Positions 49,701 to 59,110 of a DNA stretch of 64,000 bases are shown here, piece by piece. Made by a program: the position numbers and the translations under genes. Below the pieces are notes generated by a model that was given only the letters and a program-made list of their open reading frames with translations, searched no databases and had not been told where the DNA came from. Source of the stretch: Planctomycetota bacterium (GTDB lineage: Bacteria; Planctomycetota; B15-G4); the NCBI GenBank assembly GCA_965248575.1, contig CBDFJQ010000002.1, forward strand, positions 2,368,001 through 2,432,000. The letters are read 5' to 3'. Position 1 is the stretch's first letter. Every line of letters starts with the position of its first letter.

Positions 49701-50465
49701 CGTCCCCTCAGCCCCGCCCCGTTCCCCGCCCGGGCCTTCGGCGCACGACGCCAAGAAGTCGTCCAAGGCTTCGACACTCGGAGGAAGGCCTGTGAGGTCG
49801 AGATAGACGCGTCGCGCGAGTGTTGCTGCGTCAGCTGGGACGGACGGCTGCACGCCCGCAGCCTCCAAGCCCGCCAGCACCCAGCGGTCGATGGCTGCTC
49901 GAGACCAGCCCTCGACCCGTTTCTCATCGGAGGACGCAGGAGCTGCGGCGAACTCTGGAGCGTCGTGCGTCACGGGCGCCACGAAGGCCCAGTGCTCTTC
50001 GTAGGCCGCACCCTGGTCGATCCACGCCCGCAGTAGCTGCTTGTCCGTGTCGGTCAGCGGCCTCTTTTTGGCGTGTGCGGGGGGCATGCGATCGTCCGGG
50101 TCTGCGTTGCTGATCCGTCGCCAGAGCTCACTGGCCTCGGGATCGCCAGGCACCACGGCGGCATAGCCACCGAGGTCCGCTGTGGCGCCACCCTCGAGGT
50201 CCAAGCGCAGGCCCGCTTCACGCGAGCTCGGGTCCGCTCCATGGCACTGGAAGCAACGGTCGGAGAGCAGCGGACGCACGTCCCGGCTGTAGCGCACGGG
50301 TGCCGCAGCGGGGACCGCGCGGGGTTCGGGATCGCCACTCAGCTCCGAGGCGGTCAGGGCCACGACAGGCAGCGCGCCAAGGCTTGTGCTCAAGCTCAAG
50401 AAAATGAGCGCGAGCAACGAACTCGATCGCCCGCTGGAAACACCGGACAGTCGACGGCAGGCCAT
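46728..50465 (-). CDS. Planctomycete cytochrome c / PSCyt2 (DUF1549) / PSD1 (DUF1553) protein
   Basis: [71 protein letters not shown]. Start approximate. Confidence 0.92.
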   Translation of the reverse strand: MACRRLSGVSSGRSSSLLALIFLSLSTSLGALPVVALTASELSGDPEPRAVPAAAPVRYSRDVRPLLSDRCFQCHGADPSSREAGLRLDLEGGATADLGGYAAVVPGDPEASELWRRISNADPDDRMPPAHAKKRPLTDTDKQLLRAWIDQGAAYEEHWAFVAPVTHDAPEFAAAPASSDEKRVEGWSRAAIDRWVLAGLEAAGVQPSVPADAATLARRVYLDLTGLPPSVEALDDFLASCAEGPGGERGGAEGTEGVSEQAYVALVDRLLHEEPWRSRVAEHLTVPWLDAARFADTIGIHTDNGRQMWLWRDWVLNAFRDNMPYDQFVTEQLAGDLLPDATDQQRVASGFNRNHVLTDEGGAIPDEYLVEYAVDRVNTVSSVFLGLTSGCARCHDHKFDPITQEDYYSLLAYFNSNDEPGLFSQTPDAQRAYEPFLSVPTDEQREHLDELSEAIERLSQQLEEPIPGEAVEQASFLREVALDAGLSWTIPKVLKAESSDDSVTLRLQEDGALLAEGPIPLQEDYEVLLATKQAGLRALLLEALSVPGQAGAGRASHGNAVLTRLSLETRSTAGDAWQEVPLIWAWSDHTQTNYDHEATHVLDGRDDLGWAVDGNQNAGPRTLLLLSEEPFGEQGGCELRVRLAFRSPYTAHSLGRIRLRVSPVSDTGSFGPASGRWWRAGPFEVDAGDVREVAYEAAYGPEQSTSLDIDARFGDAQRAWTFDGALADGSVSMLGDAVGATFVGRELWAPDARTLEVALGSDDGLQVFHDGEQVFENRVDRGAALDQDRLTLSLHPGRNMLVLKVVNTGGPGAFAWQSLWQENELVGELGSALLPETAVTAEQVGQFRAAWRRQRFDSYRELDDARSAAQADHDGLQDEVPRTMVMSELGEARETYVLMRGQYDQPDMSRPVSRGTPSFLPPLPDGAPADRRGLAEWLVSPEHPLFARVAVNRFWALMFGEGLVRTGDDFGMQGAWPSHPELLDQLSVEFRDSGWDVRALLRRIVLSATYRQASMVREDLAARDPANRLLARYPRRRLSAEQIRDVALWTSGLLVERLGGPSVKPYQPEGLWKEVAMLASNTREFARDEGEALWRRSLYTYWKRAVPPPSLLTLDAPTRESCVVQRRATNTPLQALVLWNDEQFVEAARKLAERVLDSDASADADRVVWLMRTCTGRRPDAGEQALLLEGLGSYRQRFGLDVAAAESLLNVGEAPRSSEHVASELAAWTLLSNAVLNLHETLTQD

Positions 50466-50596
50466 GCGATCAGACACGCGCGAGCTCAGGAAGGAGAGAG
50501 GACCCGAGCAACCCCATGAGGATTCGCCGCAAGTGCTCCGTGACCCGCGCGACAGGATACCGGGGATACCCAAGCACCGCACGAAACAGAAAGCCC

Positions 50597-51838
50597 TCAG
50601 CCCTGCGATTCTGCCCGTTGCCTGATCATCGCAACGAGCCGCCCCACCGCAGCCTGCACGAAGTCGGGATGCTCCGCGTGTTCGCCTCGCTCGACCACCT
50701 CAACCGCCGCGGGTAGAGCCTCCCGAATCGCCCCGAAGAAGGCCGCATCGCCCTCGGGGTCGTGCAGGGCCTCACCGCGCTTGCTGTAGCGGGAGACGCC
50801 GCCTGCTGGCAGGAAGAAAATCGCGGAATCACCCGCCTGGGCAAGACGCTGGCCGATCTCCCGCCCCACTCGCTCCAACTGCTGAGCGTCCAACCGTGGT
50901 GCCAGGATGACCGGATTGTGGAAGACGTGCAGGTGGTCGGCCCAGGCCTCGGGCACCGTGTCGGGAGGATTGACGAAGAGTCCGATGTGCTCCGCACCGC
51001 CGGGGCAGAGGACCTGCGGGAGGCCGAGCGAGCTGGCCACAGTCAGGCGCTCCGGCGTCCCGGCACGCAGCCCGTCAAAGAGTTCGTCGGAGATCTCACC
51101 CAGGGCGTAGTCGAACACGGCCTGGATCACGCCTTCCTTCATGAGTTGTTCCATGGCGCGCCCGCCCGAACCCACGGCATGGAACACCAACACCTCGCAG
51201 CCTGCCTCTTCCAGCAGGCGCACTGCCAACTCGGCCCCCTCGGTCAGCACGCCCAGATTGGTCAGGCCCACGACGGGCTTGCCGCACTCGCCCGCCTGGA
51301 GCCCCACACCCTGCTTGGCCATGCCGCAAGCAGCACCCGCTGCGTTGGAGAGGATGGCGCGGGTCAGCGGGTTGAGCCCGAGCAGATCGCCGACGGAGAA
51401 CATCATGGTGATGTCCTTGATGTCCACGAAGGCCGAGACATCGCCGGACGCCACGGTCGACACCATGAGCTTGGGAAGACCGTACGGGAGCGATCGCATG
51501 ATGGCCGTGGCGTTGCTTGTTCCCTGCGTGCCGCCCAGCCCGATGACTCCGTGCAGGCCGCCCTTGTCCAACCGATCCTTCAGGATCTGCGTCGCTCCCG
51601 CGATCATCACGGGAGAGGCGGTTTGCCGGTCGGGCGCCCGCAGGAGATCTGGCAAGGGCGTGCCGCCACGTTGCGCTACCTCAGCGTGGGTGACATCCGG
51701 ATCGGTGCGGGGCTCGCCCACCACGCCCAGGTCCACGAGCAGCGCGCTGCAGCCGGCTGCTTCGATGCGCTCACGGAGATAAGCAGCCTCGGCGCCTTTT
51801 GTGTCCAAGGTGGCCAGGACGGCAATCACCGTGCTCAA
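50597..51838 (-). CDS. Tm-1-like ATP-binding domain protein (UPF0261)
   Basis: ATLDTKGAE, GLGGTQGT, LPYGLPKLMVSTVASG, FHAVGSGGRAME. TTG start overlaps the upstream stop. Confidence 0.88.
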   Translation of the reverse strand: MSTVIAVLATLDTKGAEAAYLRERIEAAGCSALLVDLGVVGEPRTDPDVTHAEVAQRGGTPLPDLLRAPDRQTASPVMIAGATQILKDRLDKGGLHGVIGLGGTQGTSNATAIMRSLPYGLPKLMVSTVASGDVSAFVDIKDITMMFSVGDLLGLNPLTRAILSNAAGAACGMAKQGVGLQAGECGKPVVGLTNLGVLTEGAELAVRLLEEAGCEVLVFHAVGSGGRAMEQLMKEGVIQAVFDYALGEISDELFDGLRAGTPERLTVASSLGLPQVLCPGGAEHIGLFVNPPDTVPEAWADHLHVFHNPVILAPRLDAQQLERVGREIGQRLAQAGDSAIFFLPAGGVSRYSKRGEALHDPEGDAAFFGAIREALPAAVEVVERGEHAEHPDFVQAAVGRLVAMIRQRAESQG

Positions 51839-52710
51839 GAGGCACCGCCCTTGGCCGTGGAAAACCTCAGGTCGGCGAAACGTTTCGCCGTTTCGAAGAC
51901 CGCCTTCTCGATCGGGATCCGCTCCGTCGAGGAGCCAGTCCAGAAACCGTCGCAACTGGTCTTGTCCAGGATCACCTGGGCGTCCTCGGGCCGCTCAAGC
52001 GCTGCGCCGTGCCCTACCAGCAGGATCTCGGGGTCGATGGCGCGCAGTTTCTGGCAGACCTCTTCGGTGCGCTCCGCCGTCTCTTGGATGGTCTCGCCGG
52101 AGTCGTAGCCCTTCAGGCCGCCCTTGGTCGTCCCGGCGTGGAAGCAGAACACGTGCGGGCGAGCCTCCTCCACCAGGCGCAGGCTGTCCTCCAGGTCGAA
52201 GGCCAGACCGATGCTCACCATGCCCAGCTCGCGGCACAGCTTCAGCATCTCGATCTCGTTCTCGAAGGTGATGCCGCTGCTGGTGAGCACCTTGAAGATC
52301 TGGCTGTCCTTGTCGACGTAGCTGATGGATGGGCCGATGTTGGACGCCGAGGGCACGCCCATGGCGAGCAGGCGCTCCAGTACGGTGCGCATGTCCTTCA
52401 GCGGGTCGTTCGCGTTGAGGCACGCGCACACAAAGGCATCCCCCGTCATGGCCGGCAGGATGTCCTGCTCGGTGTAGTCCAGGGTCTGCTTGTTGCTGTC
52501 CAGGATGGGCCAGAGCATGGACATGGTGCCCATGCCATTCCCTCTCAGGCGGGCTCCAGAGAAGGTGTTGACGCAGTCAGCACCCGCCTTCTCGAGCAAC
52601 TGCGCCACCAGGCCGCTACCGGCGCTCGCGATGAACAGGGGTTCGCGCCGGGCTGCCTTGGCGCGCAGGCGTTGCAGAACCACCTCGGGGGAGATGCGGG
52701 GAACAATCAT
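51835..52710 (-). CDS. TIM-barrel signal-transduction / PEP-hydrolase family protein
   Basis: AGSGLVAQ..EKAGAD, HAGTTKGG, GHGAAL..PEDA, GSSTERIPIE; coupled to UPF0261. Confidence 0.85.
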   Translation of the reverse strand: MIVPRISPEVVLQRLRAKAARREPLFIASAGSGLVAQLLEKAGADCVNTFSGARLRGNGMGTMSMLWPILDSNKQTLDYTEQDILPAMTGDAFVCACLNANDPLKDMRTVLERLLAMGVPSASNIGPSISYVDKDSQIFKVLTSSGITFENEIEMLKLCRELGMVSIGLAFDLEDSLRLVEEARPHVFCFHAGTTKGGLKGYDSGETIQETAERTEEVCQKLRAIDPEILLVGHGAALERPEDAQVILDKTSCDGFWTGSSTERIPIEKAVFETAKRFADLRFSTAKGGAS

Positions 52711-52935
52711 GCAGGCCTCTCGAAGTTCGAATCAGGGTCTCGCTCGCCGCCCACCCGAGCGCTGGGAGCGCGCATCCTCTCATGCCTGGGTTGCTTCCGG
52801 CCACGCCCCCGTGCGGACTCTCTCCGTCCGGCATGGCACACTCCGGGGTCCCGGAAGGGCGCTCCCGCCTACGCGCCCCCGCCCTCGTCTCCAGCAGCTC
52901 CAGCAGCACCTCCTTCCCTCCGTCGAGACCGACCC

Positions 52936-53217
52936 GTGAAAGCCCTCTGGAACGGCCGCATCATTGCTGAGAGTGACGCCACCGTCGTAGTGGAGGGGAA
53001 CCACTACTTCCCCCCCGATTCCCTCGTCATCGAGAACTTCGAGCCCAGCAAGACCACCTCGGTCTGCGGCTGGAAGGGCACGGCGCACTACTACTCCGTG
53101 CTGGTCAACGGCGAGCGCAACGAAGACGCAGCCTGGCATTACCCAGAGCCCAAGGCGGAAGCCCAGAACATCGCCGGGTACATCGCCTTCTGGAAGGGCG
53201 TCAGCTTCGAGGACTAG
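52936..53217 (+). CDS. DUF427 family protein
   Basis: KALWNGRIIAESD..VVVEGNHYFP, CGWKGTAHYY, AAWHYPEP, IAFWKGV; GTG start. Confidence 0.9.
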   Translation: MKALWNGRIIAESDATVVVEGNHYFPPDSLVIENFEPSKTTSVCGWKGTAHYYSVLVNGERNEDAAWHYPEPKAEAQNIAGYIAFWKGVSFED

Positions 53218-53256
53218 GCGGCGGACGCGCTTCCCACGGTCCGTTCAGTGGTCCGA

Positions 53257-54210
53257 TCAGTCCGGCGACTCGTCGCTGAGGGAAACGGTCGACTGGCGCT
53301 CCCTGTGAACGTGCAGCTGGGTCACGTCGGGCCGTGAGTAGTGTCCGGCGGCGTCGAAGTTGTGCCGTTGCTCCCGCACGCAGGCCATGTCGAGATGCGC
53401 CAACAGCAGCTGCTCGCTCCCGGTCTGCGGTTCGATGAGCCAACTCCCGTCGGGCTTCGCGATGCACGAGCCTCCGTTGGCAGGCATGGCTTCGATGCTC
53501 GCCCGTAGCAATTCCACCTCCGGCAATGAGTCCGGGATGTCCTCGGAGCGCATGAGCGAGCTGACGGAGGCCACATAGGAGCGCCCCTCCAGCGCCATGA
53601 AGCGCGTGATATCGACGGTGTTGTTCAGGTTGCCTGGCCAGACCGCGACATGCAGGTCTTCACCTTGCCCATAGAGGGCAGCGCGCGCCAACGGCATCCA
53701 ATTCTCCCAGCAGTTGAGGCCGCCCACGGTGAACTCGTCGAGCCGGTGCACCCTCAGACCGTGCCCATCACCCGTCGACCAAACGAGCCGCTCCTCATAG
53801 GTCGGCATCAGCTTGCGATGCACGGACTTCACCTCCCCTTCCTCGTTCACGTAGACGAGCGAGGCATAGAGGCTGTGCCCCGTGCGTTGGCGCGGGCGTT
53901 CGATCACCCCCAGGTACACGGCGATGCGGTGCTTCGCCGCGAGCGCACACAGTTCGTCCAGGTGCCCGTGTTCCAGACACACCGCCTGCTCGGCGTAATG
54001 CGCGAACAACGTCTGCTGCACGTCCGACCTGAAGCGCGCGCCGTCCGTGCGTTCGACCCAGAAAGGATAGCCCGGCACCAGCGCTTCACCGAAACACACC
54101 AGCCGCGCACCCGCCGACGCAGCTTCCTCGACCTTCTGCAGGACCTTGTGCAGCGTCGCCTCGCGACAAAGCCAGACGGGTGCAATTTGCGCGAGCGCGA
54201 TGGTCAGCAT
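53257..54210 (-). CDS. Nitrilase / carbon-nitrogen hydrolase
   Basis: Catalytic E (FGEAL), K (HRKLMPT), C (NCWENWMPL); D.AGHYSRPD. Confidence 0.92.
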   Translation of the reverse strand: MLTIALAQIAPVWLCREATLHKVLQKVEEAASAGARLVCFGEALVPGYPFWVERTDGARFRSDVQQTLFAHYAEQAVCLEHGHLDELCALAAKHRIAVYLGVIERPRQRTGHSLYASLVYVNEEGEVKSVHRKLMPTYEERLVWSTGDGHGLRVHRLDEFTVGGLNCWENWMPLARAALYGQGEDLHVAVWPGNLNNTVDITRFMALEGRSYVASVSSLMRSEDIPDSLPEVELLRASIEAMPANGGSCIAKPDGSWLIEPQTGSEQLLLAHLDMACVREQRHNFDAAGHYSRPDVTQLHVHRERQSTVSLSDESPD

Positions 54211-54394
54211 GTGAGCTCTTCAGTCGGGATGTCGAGTGCTCGGGGAAGCCTACTGAGACGTGCGCTCTCTCATCAAGTTCTCATCAAACAACTTGCCTAA
54301 GTCTTGACAGAGCAAGGACTCACAACGCGTCTGCCGCTCTGAGCTTTCCCTGCCGGCAGCCTCGAGAACTCCTCTCCTTTCTTCGACCCAGACC

Positions 54395-56122
54395 ATGAGG
54401 TTCGCCATGTTCTCCACCCGATTGATGGCGGTCATCGTGCCGCTCACATTGACTCTCATTCCACTGAGCCACGTGTTCGCTCAACAACACGACGCGACTC
54501 GTTCACCCGTTCACCGTTCGCGAACTGCCACCGGGAACGGTGCCCCCGATGAGGGTTCACAGGCTTCCAAAGCCTCGCAGAAGAAGGGCCGGCAGCACGG
54601 CGGCGGCGCCATCTTCCCCTTGGAGTTCCGCTCCATTGATGGGTACGGCAACAACCTGAAGCACCCGGAGCGTGGTGCGGCAGACGTTCCGTTCGTGCGC
54701 ATGATCAAGGCGGCCTATGCGAATGGCACGGCAGCCCCAGCGGGGCAGGACCGGCCCTCGGCACGAACCATCAGCAACAAGATCTCAGCCCAGACCACAG
54801 ACCTCCAGAACAACGTCCTGGCGACGGACTTCCTGTGGCAGTGGGGGCAGTTCGTCGACCACGACATCGACGAGACTCCCATCGGCTCCCCGGCGGAGGC
54901 GTTCGACATCGCCGTGCCGCTCGGGGACGTGTGGTTTGACCCGCAGTCGACGGGAACGATGAGCATTCCCTTGGATCGCTCGGCATGGGAACTCAAGAAG
55001 AGTGTCCGTCAGCAGGTCAACGGGATCACGGCCTTCATCGACGCCTCAAACGTCTATGGCTCCGATCTTGAGCGCGCGGCAGCACTGCGCACGCTGGATG
55101 GCACCGGTCGCCTGGCAACGAGTGCAGGGAACATGCTGCCCTACAACCTGGCCGGTCTCAGCAACGCACCCGCTCCCACGGCGGACTACTTCCTGGCGGG
55201 AGACATCCGCGCCAACGAGCAGGTCGCCCTCACGGCCATGCATACCGTTTTCGTTCGCGAGCACAACTTCTGGGCGACCGAGATGGCACGTCATCTGGCG
55301 CTCGATGGGGACACGCTCTACGAGGCGGCACGCGCACTGGTCGCCGCTGAGATACAGGTCATCACCTATCGGGATTTCCTTCCGGCCCTGCTCGGGGAGG
55401 GCGCCCCGCGCCCCTACCGTGGATACAGGACTTCGGTGGACCCGGGCATCTCCAACATCTTTGCCGCGGCGGCCTTCCGCATGGGCCACACCCTGCTGTC
55501 ACCACAACTGCTGCGCCTGGAAGCCGACGGAAGCCAGCCGGACGGCCCCCTGGAACTCAAGGCCGCTTTCTTCAGCCCTTCGACCTTCCTGGCCACGGGG
55601 CCAGCCCCCCTGCTTCGCGGCCTGGCTGCACAGGCTTGCCAGGATCTGGACCCCTTCATCATCGATGACGTGCGCAACTTCCTGTTCGGCCCACCCGGCT
55701 CGGGCGGCTTCGATCTCGCGGCGCTCAACATCCAACGCGGCCGTGACCACGGGCTCCCGAGCTATGCCGCCGTGCGTGCCAGGCTCAAGCTTGGCAAGCT
55801 CAAGAACTTCGGCCAGATCACGAGCGATGCGACGCGTGCGCAGCTGCTGGAGGACACCTACTCGAGCGTGAAGGACATCGACGCCTGGGTCGGCATGCTC
55901 GCGGAGGACCACGTCCCGGGCGCGCTCGTCGGCCCGACCCTGCGCAAGATCCTCGGCGACCAGTTCGAGCGCCTGCGGGACGGTGACCGCTTTTGGTACC
56001 AGGCCTACCTGCCGCCGGAGCTGGCACAGTTCGTGGAGTCGCAGTCCCTGACCACCATCATCCGACGCAACACGGACATCGGTGATGAACTCTCCCCCGA
56101 TGTCTTCCGTATCACCCCCTGA
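54395..56122 (+). CDS. Secreted heme peroxidase, peroxidase-cyclooxygenase (animal-type) superfamily
   Basis: RSIDGYGNN, WGQFVDHD, TAFIDASNVYGS, AGDIRANEQ, AFRMGH, NIQRGRDHG, LRDGDRFWY. Confidence 0.93.
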   Translation: MRFAMFSTRLMAVIVPLTLTLIPLSHVFAQQHDATRSPVHRSRTATGNGAPDEGSQASKASQKKGRQHGGGAIFPLEFRSIDGYGNNLKHPERGAADVPFVRMIKAAYANGTAAPAGQDRPSARTISNKISAQTTDLQNNVLATDFLWQWGQFVDHDIDETPIGSPAEAFDIAVPLGDVWFDPQSTGTMSIPLDRSAWELKKSVRQQVNGITAFIDASNVYGSDLERAAALRTLDGTGRLATSAGNMLPYNLAGLSNAPAPTADYFLAGDIRANEQVALTAMHTVFVREHNFWATEMARHLALDGDTLYEAARALVAAEIQVITYRDFLPALLGEGAPRPYRGYRTSVDPGISNIFAAAAFRMGHTLLSPQLLRLEADGSQPDGPLELKAAFFSPSTFLATGPAPLLRGLAAQACQDLDPFIIDDVRNFLFGPPGSGGFDLAALNIQRGRDHGLPSYAAVRARLKLGKLKNFGQITSDATRAQLLEDTYSSVKDIDAWVGMLAEDHVPGALVGPTLRKILGDQFERLRDGDRFWYQAYLPPELAQFVESQSLTTIIRRNTDIGDELSPDVFRITP

Positions 56123-56161
56123 GTGACTGTCACCCGGGCCCATCGTCTCCGATGCTGGACT

Positions 56162-56200
56162 GAGCCGGCCGCCGTTGAAACTCCCAACGGCGGCCGGCTC
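56162..56200. terminator. Stem-loop between convergent genes (probable terminator)
   Basis: Perfect 16-bp stem GAGCCGGCCGCCGTTG / CAACGGCGGCCGGCTC. Confidence 0.7.
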
Positions 56201-56223
56201 TCTTGCGCACCCAGCGGTTTGCG

Positions 56224-56694
56224 TCAGACCGGTGTGCCCAGGAAGCTCCCGAGCTTGGCCAGGCCTGCACTCCAGCCGTCGCGGATGATGTCGCGCAGCT
56301 GCATGTCGCCTTCGACGCGCATGTCGGGAATGCCTTCGTGGACAAGCGTGACCAATGTTCCGCCATCCACATCCGTGAAGTCCACGGTCACGGTCATCTC
56401 GGTGCCGGGCCCAGCCATGCCCTCCGACACGAAACTGATTCGATTGGGCGGGTCGTACTCCTTGAACACAGCCTCGCCGGGGTGCTCCCCCACGCCCTCG
56501 ATGGTCATGCAGTGGTTGTACTTGCCACCGACCTTGCACTCGATCTCGGAGCGCACGGCTGTGGTCTGGGCGCAGCCATACCACTGCTGCACCTTGCTCA
56601 CGTCGACCCATGCCTCGAACACCGCTTCGCGTGGCGCGTCATAGACCCGCGTGACATACAGCTTGCCGTCCTCGAACTTCGTTTCCGTCGTCAT
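56224..56694 (-). CDS. SRPBCC/AHSA1 domain protein
   Basis: TRVYDAPREAVFEAW, VGGKY, DPPNRISF, GTLVTLVH, GW. TGATG coupling to the ArsR gene. Confidence 0.88.
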   Translation of the reverse strand: MTTETKFEDGKLYVTRVYDAPREAVFEAWVDVSKVQQWYGCAQTTAVRSEIECKVGGKYNHCMTIEGVGEHPGEAVFKEYDPPNRISFVSEGMAGPGTEMTVTVDFTDVDGGTLVTLVHEGIPDMRVEGDMQLRDIIRDGWSAGLAKLGSFLGTPV

Positions 56695-57080
56695 CACTTG
56701 CTTTCCTTGCTTGGCGACCGCTTGGGAGGCGGCGGCTGGTTCTTTGACTTCTTGCCATGCGCCTCCAGGTAGGCGTCCACGGCATCGAATTGCTTCTTCC
56801 AATGGCGGGCGTAGTGCCCGATCCAGCTCTGGGCTTCCTCGATGGGGCGAGGGTTCACCTTGATGTGGTGTTCACGCCCCTTCTTGGTGCGGCGAATGAG
56901 GCCTGCCCGCTCGAGCACGGCGAGGTGCTTCGAGACCGCCGGCTGCGAGATCTGAAACGGCTCGGCCAGGGTGCCGACCTTCGTCTCCCCGTCGGCGAGG
57001 CGCTCCAACATGCCTCGTCGAGTGGGATCCGAGAGTGCGCCGAACACCAGGTCGAGCTGTGAGAGTTCAGAACGTTTCAT
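56694..57080 (-). CDS. ArsR/SmtB family transcriptional regulator
   Basis: LDLVFGALSDPTRRGML, ISQPAVSKHLAVLERAGLI, KGRE. Confidence 0.92.
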   Translation of the reverse strand: MKRSELSQLDLVFGALSDPTRRGMLERLADGETKVGTLAEPFQISQPAVSKHLAVLERAGLIRRTKKGREHHIKVNPRPIEEAQSWIGHYARHWKKQFDAVDAYLEAHGKKSKNQPPPPKRSPSKESK

Positions 57081-57120
57081 AACCACATGGTTATATATCG
57101 AAGATTGGCACAGCCGTCAA
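57079..57120 (-). promoter_or_regulatory. Sigma70-like promoter overlapped by a palindromic operator (probable ArsR autoregulation site)
   Basis: TTGACG (57120-57115) followed after 17-19 nt by TATATAAC; perfect inverted repeat ATAACCA-N2-TGGTTAT (57079-57094) abutting the start codon. Confidence 0.7.
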
Positions 57121-57184
57121 CACCCACGCCCGTCACCAATCTTCCCTCGACCTCGCCGGGGCCGCTCAGCCAGGCTGGCGTGCC

Positions 57185-57811
57185 ATGAGTTCTCCCACCT
57201 CTCGCTATCCCATCCTGGCGGCCGTGCATCGGCATGAACTGCTGGAGAAGCGCAGTCGCTTCCTGTGCGTACTGGTGCCGGTGAGCAGCGAAGACGAGGC
57301 CGCCAGCGAACTTTCGATGCTGCGGGAGCAGTACCCGGACGCCAACCACCACTGCTGGGCCTTCGTCCTGGGGCCGCCGGGGAGCACAGCCCGCATCGGC
57401 AGCAGTGATGCAGGCGAACCATCGGGAACCGCGGGACGCCCCATGCTCGAATCGCTGGTGCACGGCCCCGTGGGCGACGTGTTGGCGGTCGTGGTGCGCT
57501 GGTTCGGCGGCATCAAGCTCGGTACGGGCGGCCTGGCGCGGGCCTATTCGGGTGCGGTACGCGACGCCTTGGAGACGGCCCCCAGGGGCCAGCGAACCGA
57601 ATGGGTCGAGCTCTCCATCTCGGCTGGCTATGCGGAAGCCGAGGTCCTCCGCCGTCTCTATGCGGAGTATGAGGCGGAGCTCCTGGGCGAAGTGTTCGAG
57701 GCCCGTGTCAGCCACGCCCTGCGGGTCCCCAGCGACCGGGCGGAAGAGCTGCACGCAGCCATCACAACCGCCACGAACGGTGCCGCGACCATCGATCCGG
57801 ATGGGTTCTGA
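57185..57811 (+). CDS. yigZ: YigZ/IMPACT family protein
   Basis: KRSRF, DANHHCWAF, SDAGEPSGTAGRPML, VVRWFGGIKLGTGGLARAY. Confidence 0.9.
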   Translation: MSSPTSRYPILAAVHRHELLEKRSRFLCVLVPVSSEDEAASELSMLREQYPDANHHCWAFVLGPPGSTARIGSSDAGEPSGTAGRPMLESLVHGPVGDVLAVVVRWFGGIKLGTGGLARAYSGAVRDALETAPRGQRTEWVELSISAGYAEAEVLRRLYAEYEAELLGEVFEARVSHALRVPSDRAEELHAAITTATNGAATIDPDGF

Positions 57812-57819
57812 GCAACGCA

Positions 57820-57855
57820 ACAAGCCGCCCCACTCGCGGGAGTGGGACGGCTTGT
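57820..57855. terminator. Stem-loop between convergent genes (probable terminator)
   Basis: ACAAGCCG-C-CCCACTC / GAGTGGG-A-CGGCTTGT stem. Confidence 0.65.
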
Positions 57856-57915
57856 GCGAAACGCGCGATGCTGGCCAACCCGGAACCAGCCGGGGCCAGC
57901 TGCCCTTTACGGGGA

Positions 57916-58971
57916 CTAGCCTCGCGAGAGCTGCTTGCCTTGCAGCGCCGAGCTGTACTCCTCGACCGCCTTGAGCAGGGACTCCTTCATCTTGCCCTCA
58001 GCGTGCTCGACGGCGAGCTTCTGGATCTCCAGCGCCTTCGCCAGATCGCCACGCCAGAAGTGCACGCGCGCCACCGTGTCGAGCACGGACGGGTCCTTCT
58101 TGCCGGAGAACTCATTGGCCTTGTCGGCTGCCAGCAGCGCCAGATCGAGGAAGCGGTTCTCGCGCTCAACGGCCGGGTCGACCAAGGTCCACGCGAAGCC
58201 GTTGAGGCCGTTGCTGTCCTTGTGCTCGATGGACTTCGCCACCAGCTCATGACCCAGGCGCTGCGCCTCCTCGGCGTGCTTCGGCAAGCTCGCGAGGATG
58301 TTGAAGTGCAGGCTCTCCATGCCCTTGGCCGCTACCGGGTACTTCTGCTTGAAGGCCAGCAGGCGTTCGAGCGCAAGCTTGGGCTCGGCGGCCTTGTAGA
58401 TGTCGTTCCGCGAGTTGCTGATGTCCTCCATCATGGCGGGACCTTCTTCGTAGTCCCAGGTTCCGGCCATCACGTGCGAGAGCGGGATGTCGAGTTGCAT
58501 GGGATGGCCGATCCACGCCACCTTGCCGGCCTGGTCGATGAGGAAGCCCGTGGGGATGCCGCGCTGCTTGGCCGCGGTCATGTACGCCGTGTTCGTCTGG
58601 CGTTCCACATCCCAAGCCACGCTGTAGTCCATGCCGTCACCCTTGGCCTCCACCATCTCGTGGACCTTCTCGAGTGAGTTGCTCTTGTCGACGCTGGTCA
58701 TGCCGATAATGGTCAACCCGTCGTCGCGGTAGGTGCGCTGCAGTTCCGAGAGATGCGGCATGCTGGCGATGCACGGTCCACACCACGTCGCCCAGAATTC
58801 GATCAGGTAGGCCTGACCTGGTTCGAAGGCTTGCACGGGTGAACCCTTCACCCATTCCGCCACGACCAAAGAAGGGGCTGGATCGCCGATGCGAAGGGTG
58901 GCTTCGTCTTCGGCCCGGGCCGTGGAGACCAGCAGGGCGCAGGCCAAACCGGCGAGGAGAGTCTTCTTCAT
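57916..58971 (-). CDS. Exported TlpA-like thiol-disulfide oxidoreductase with C-terminal TPR-like helices
   Basis: Signal peptide MKKTLL...ARA; IEFWATWCGPC, GIPT, WIGHP; LNGFAW...LDTVAR. Confidence 0.9.
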   Translation of the reverse strand: MKKTLLAGLACALLVSTARAEDEATLRIGDPAPSLVVAEWVKGSPVQAFEPGQAYLIEFWATWCGPCIASMPHLSELQRTYRDDGLTIIGMTSVDKSNSLEKVHEMVEAKGDGMDYSVAWDVERQTNTAYMTAAKQRGIPTGFLIDQAGKVAWIGHPMQLDIPLSHVMAGTWDYEEGPAMMEDISNSRNDIYKAAEPKLALERLLAFKQKYPVAAKGMESLHFNILASLPKHAEEAQRLGHELVAKSIEHKDSNGLNGFAWTLVDPAVERENRFLDLALLAADKANEFSGKKDPSVLDTVARVHFWRGDLAKALEIQKLAVEHAEGKMKESLLKAVEEYSSALQGKQLSRG

Positions 58972-59110
58972 GATGAAATACCTGTTGGGGCGGGGCGAAT
59001 CGTGAAATCGGCGGCGAGTGTACCCCCGTGTCCCGCTGCGACGGGAGCCCCTTGCAGAATGTACCCTGCCCCTACCAGACCACCCTGCGCCCCCACTGAG
59101 GAGTGACCCC

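Noticed and set aside
51799..52935. N-terminal 379 codons of the 472-aa plus-strand ORF
   Set aside because: Shadow of the TIM-barrel gene; only the DUF427 part from GTG 52936 is credible.
15953..57855. Intergenic hairpins as a REP/MITE repeat family
   Set aside because: Their sequences differ from one another and most lie between convergent genes, consistent with individual terminators.
57916..58971. TlpA-like protein as a second selenoprotein
   Set aside because: Its motif is an ordinary WCGPC with no in-frame TGA.
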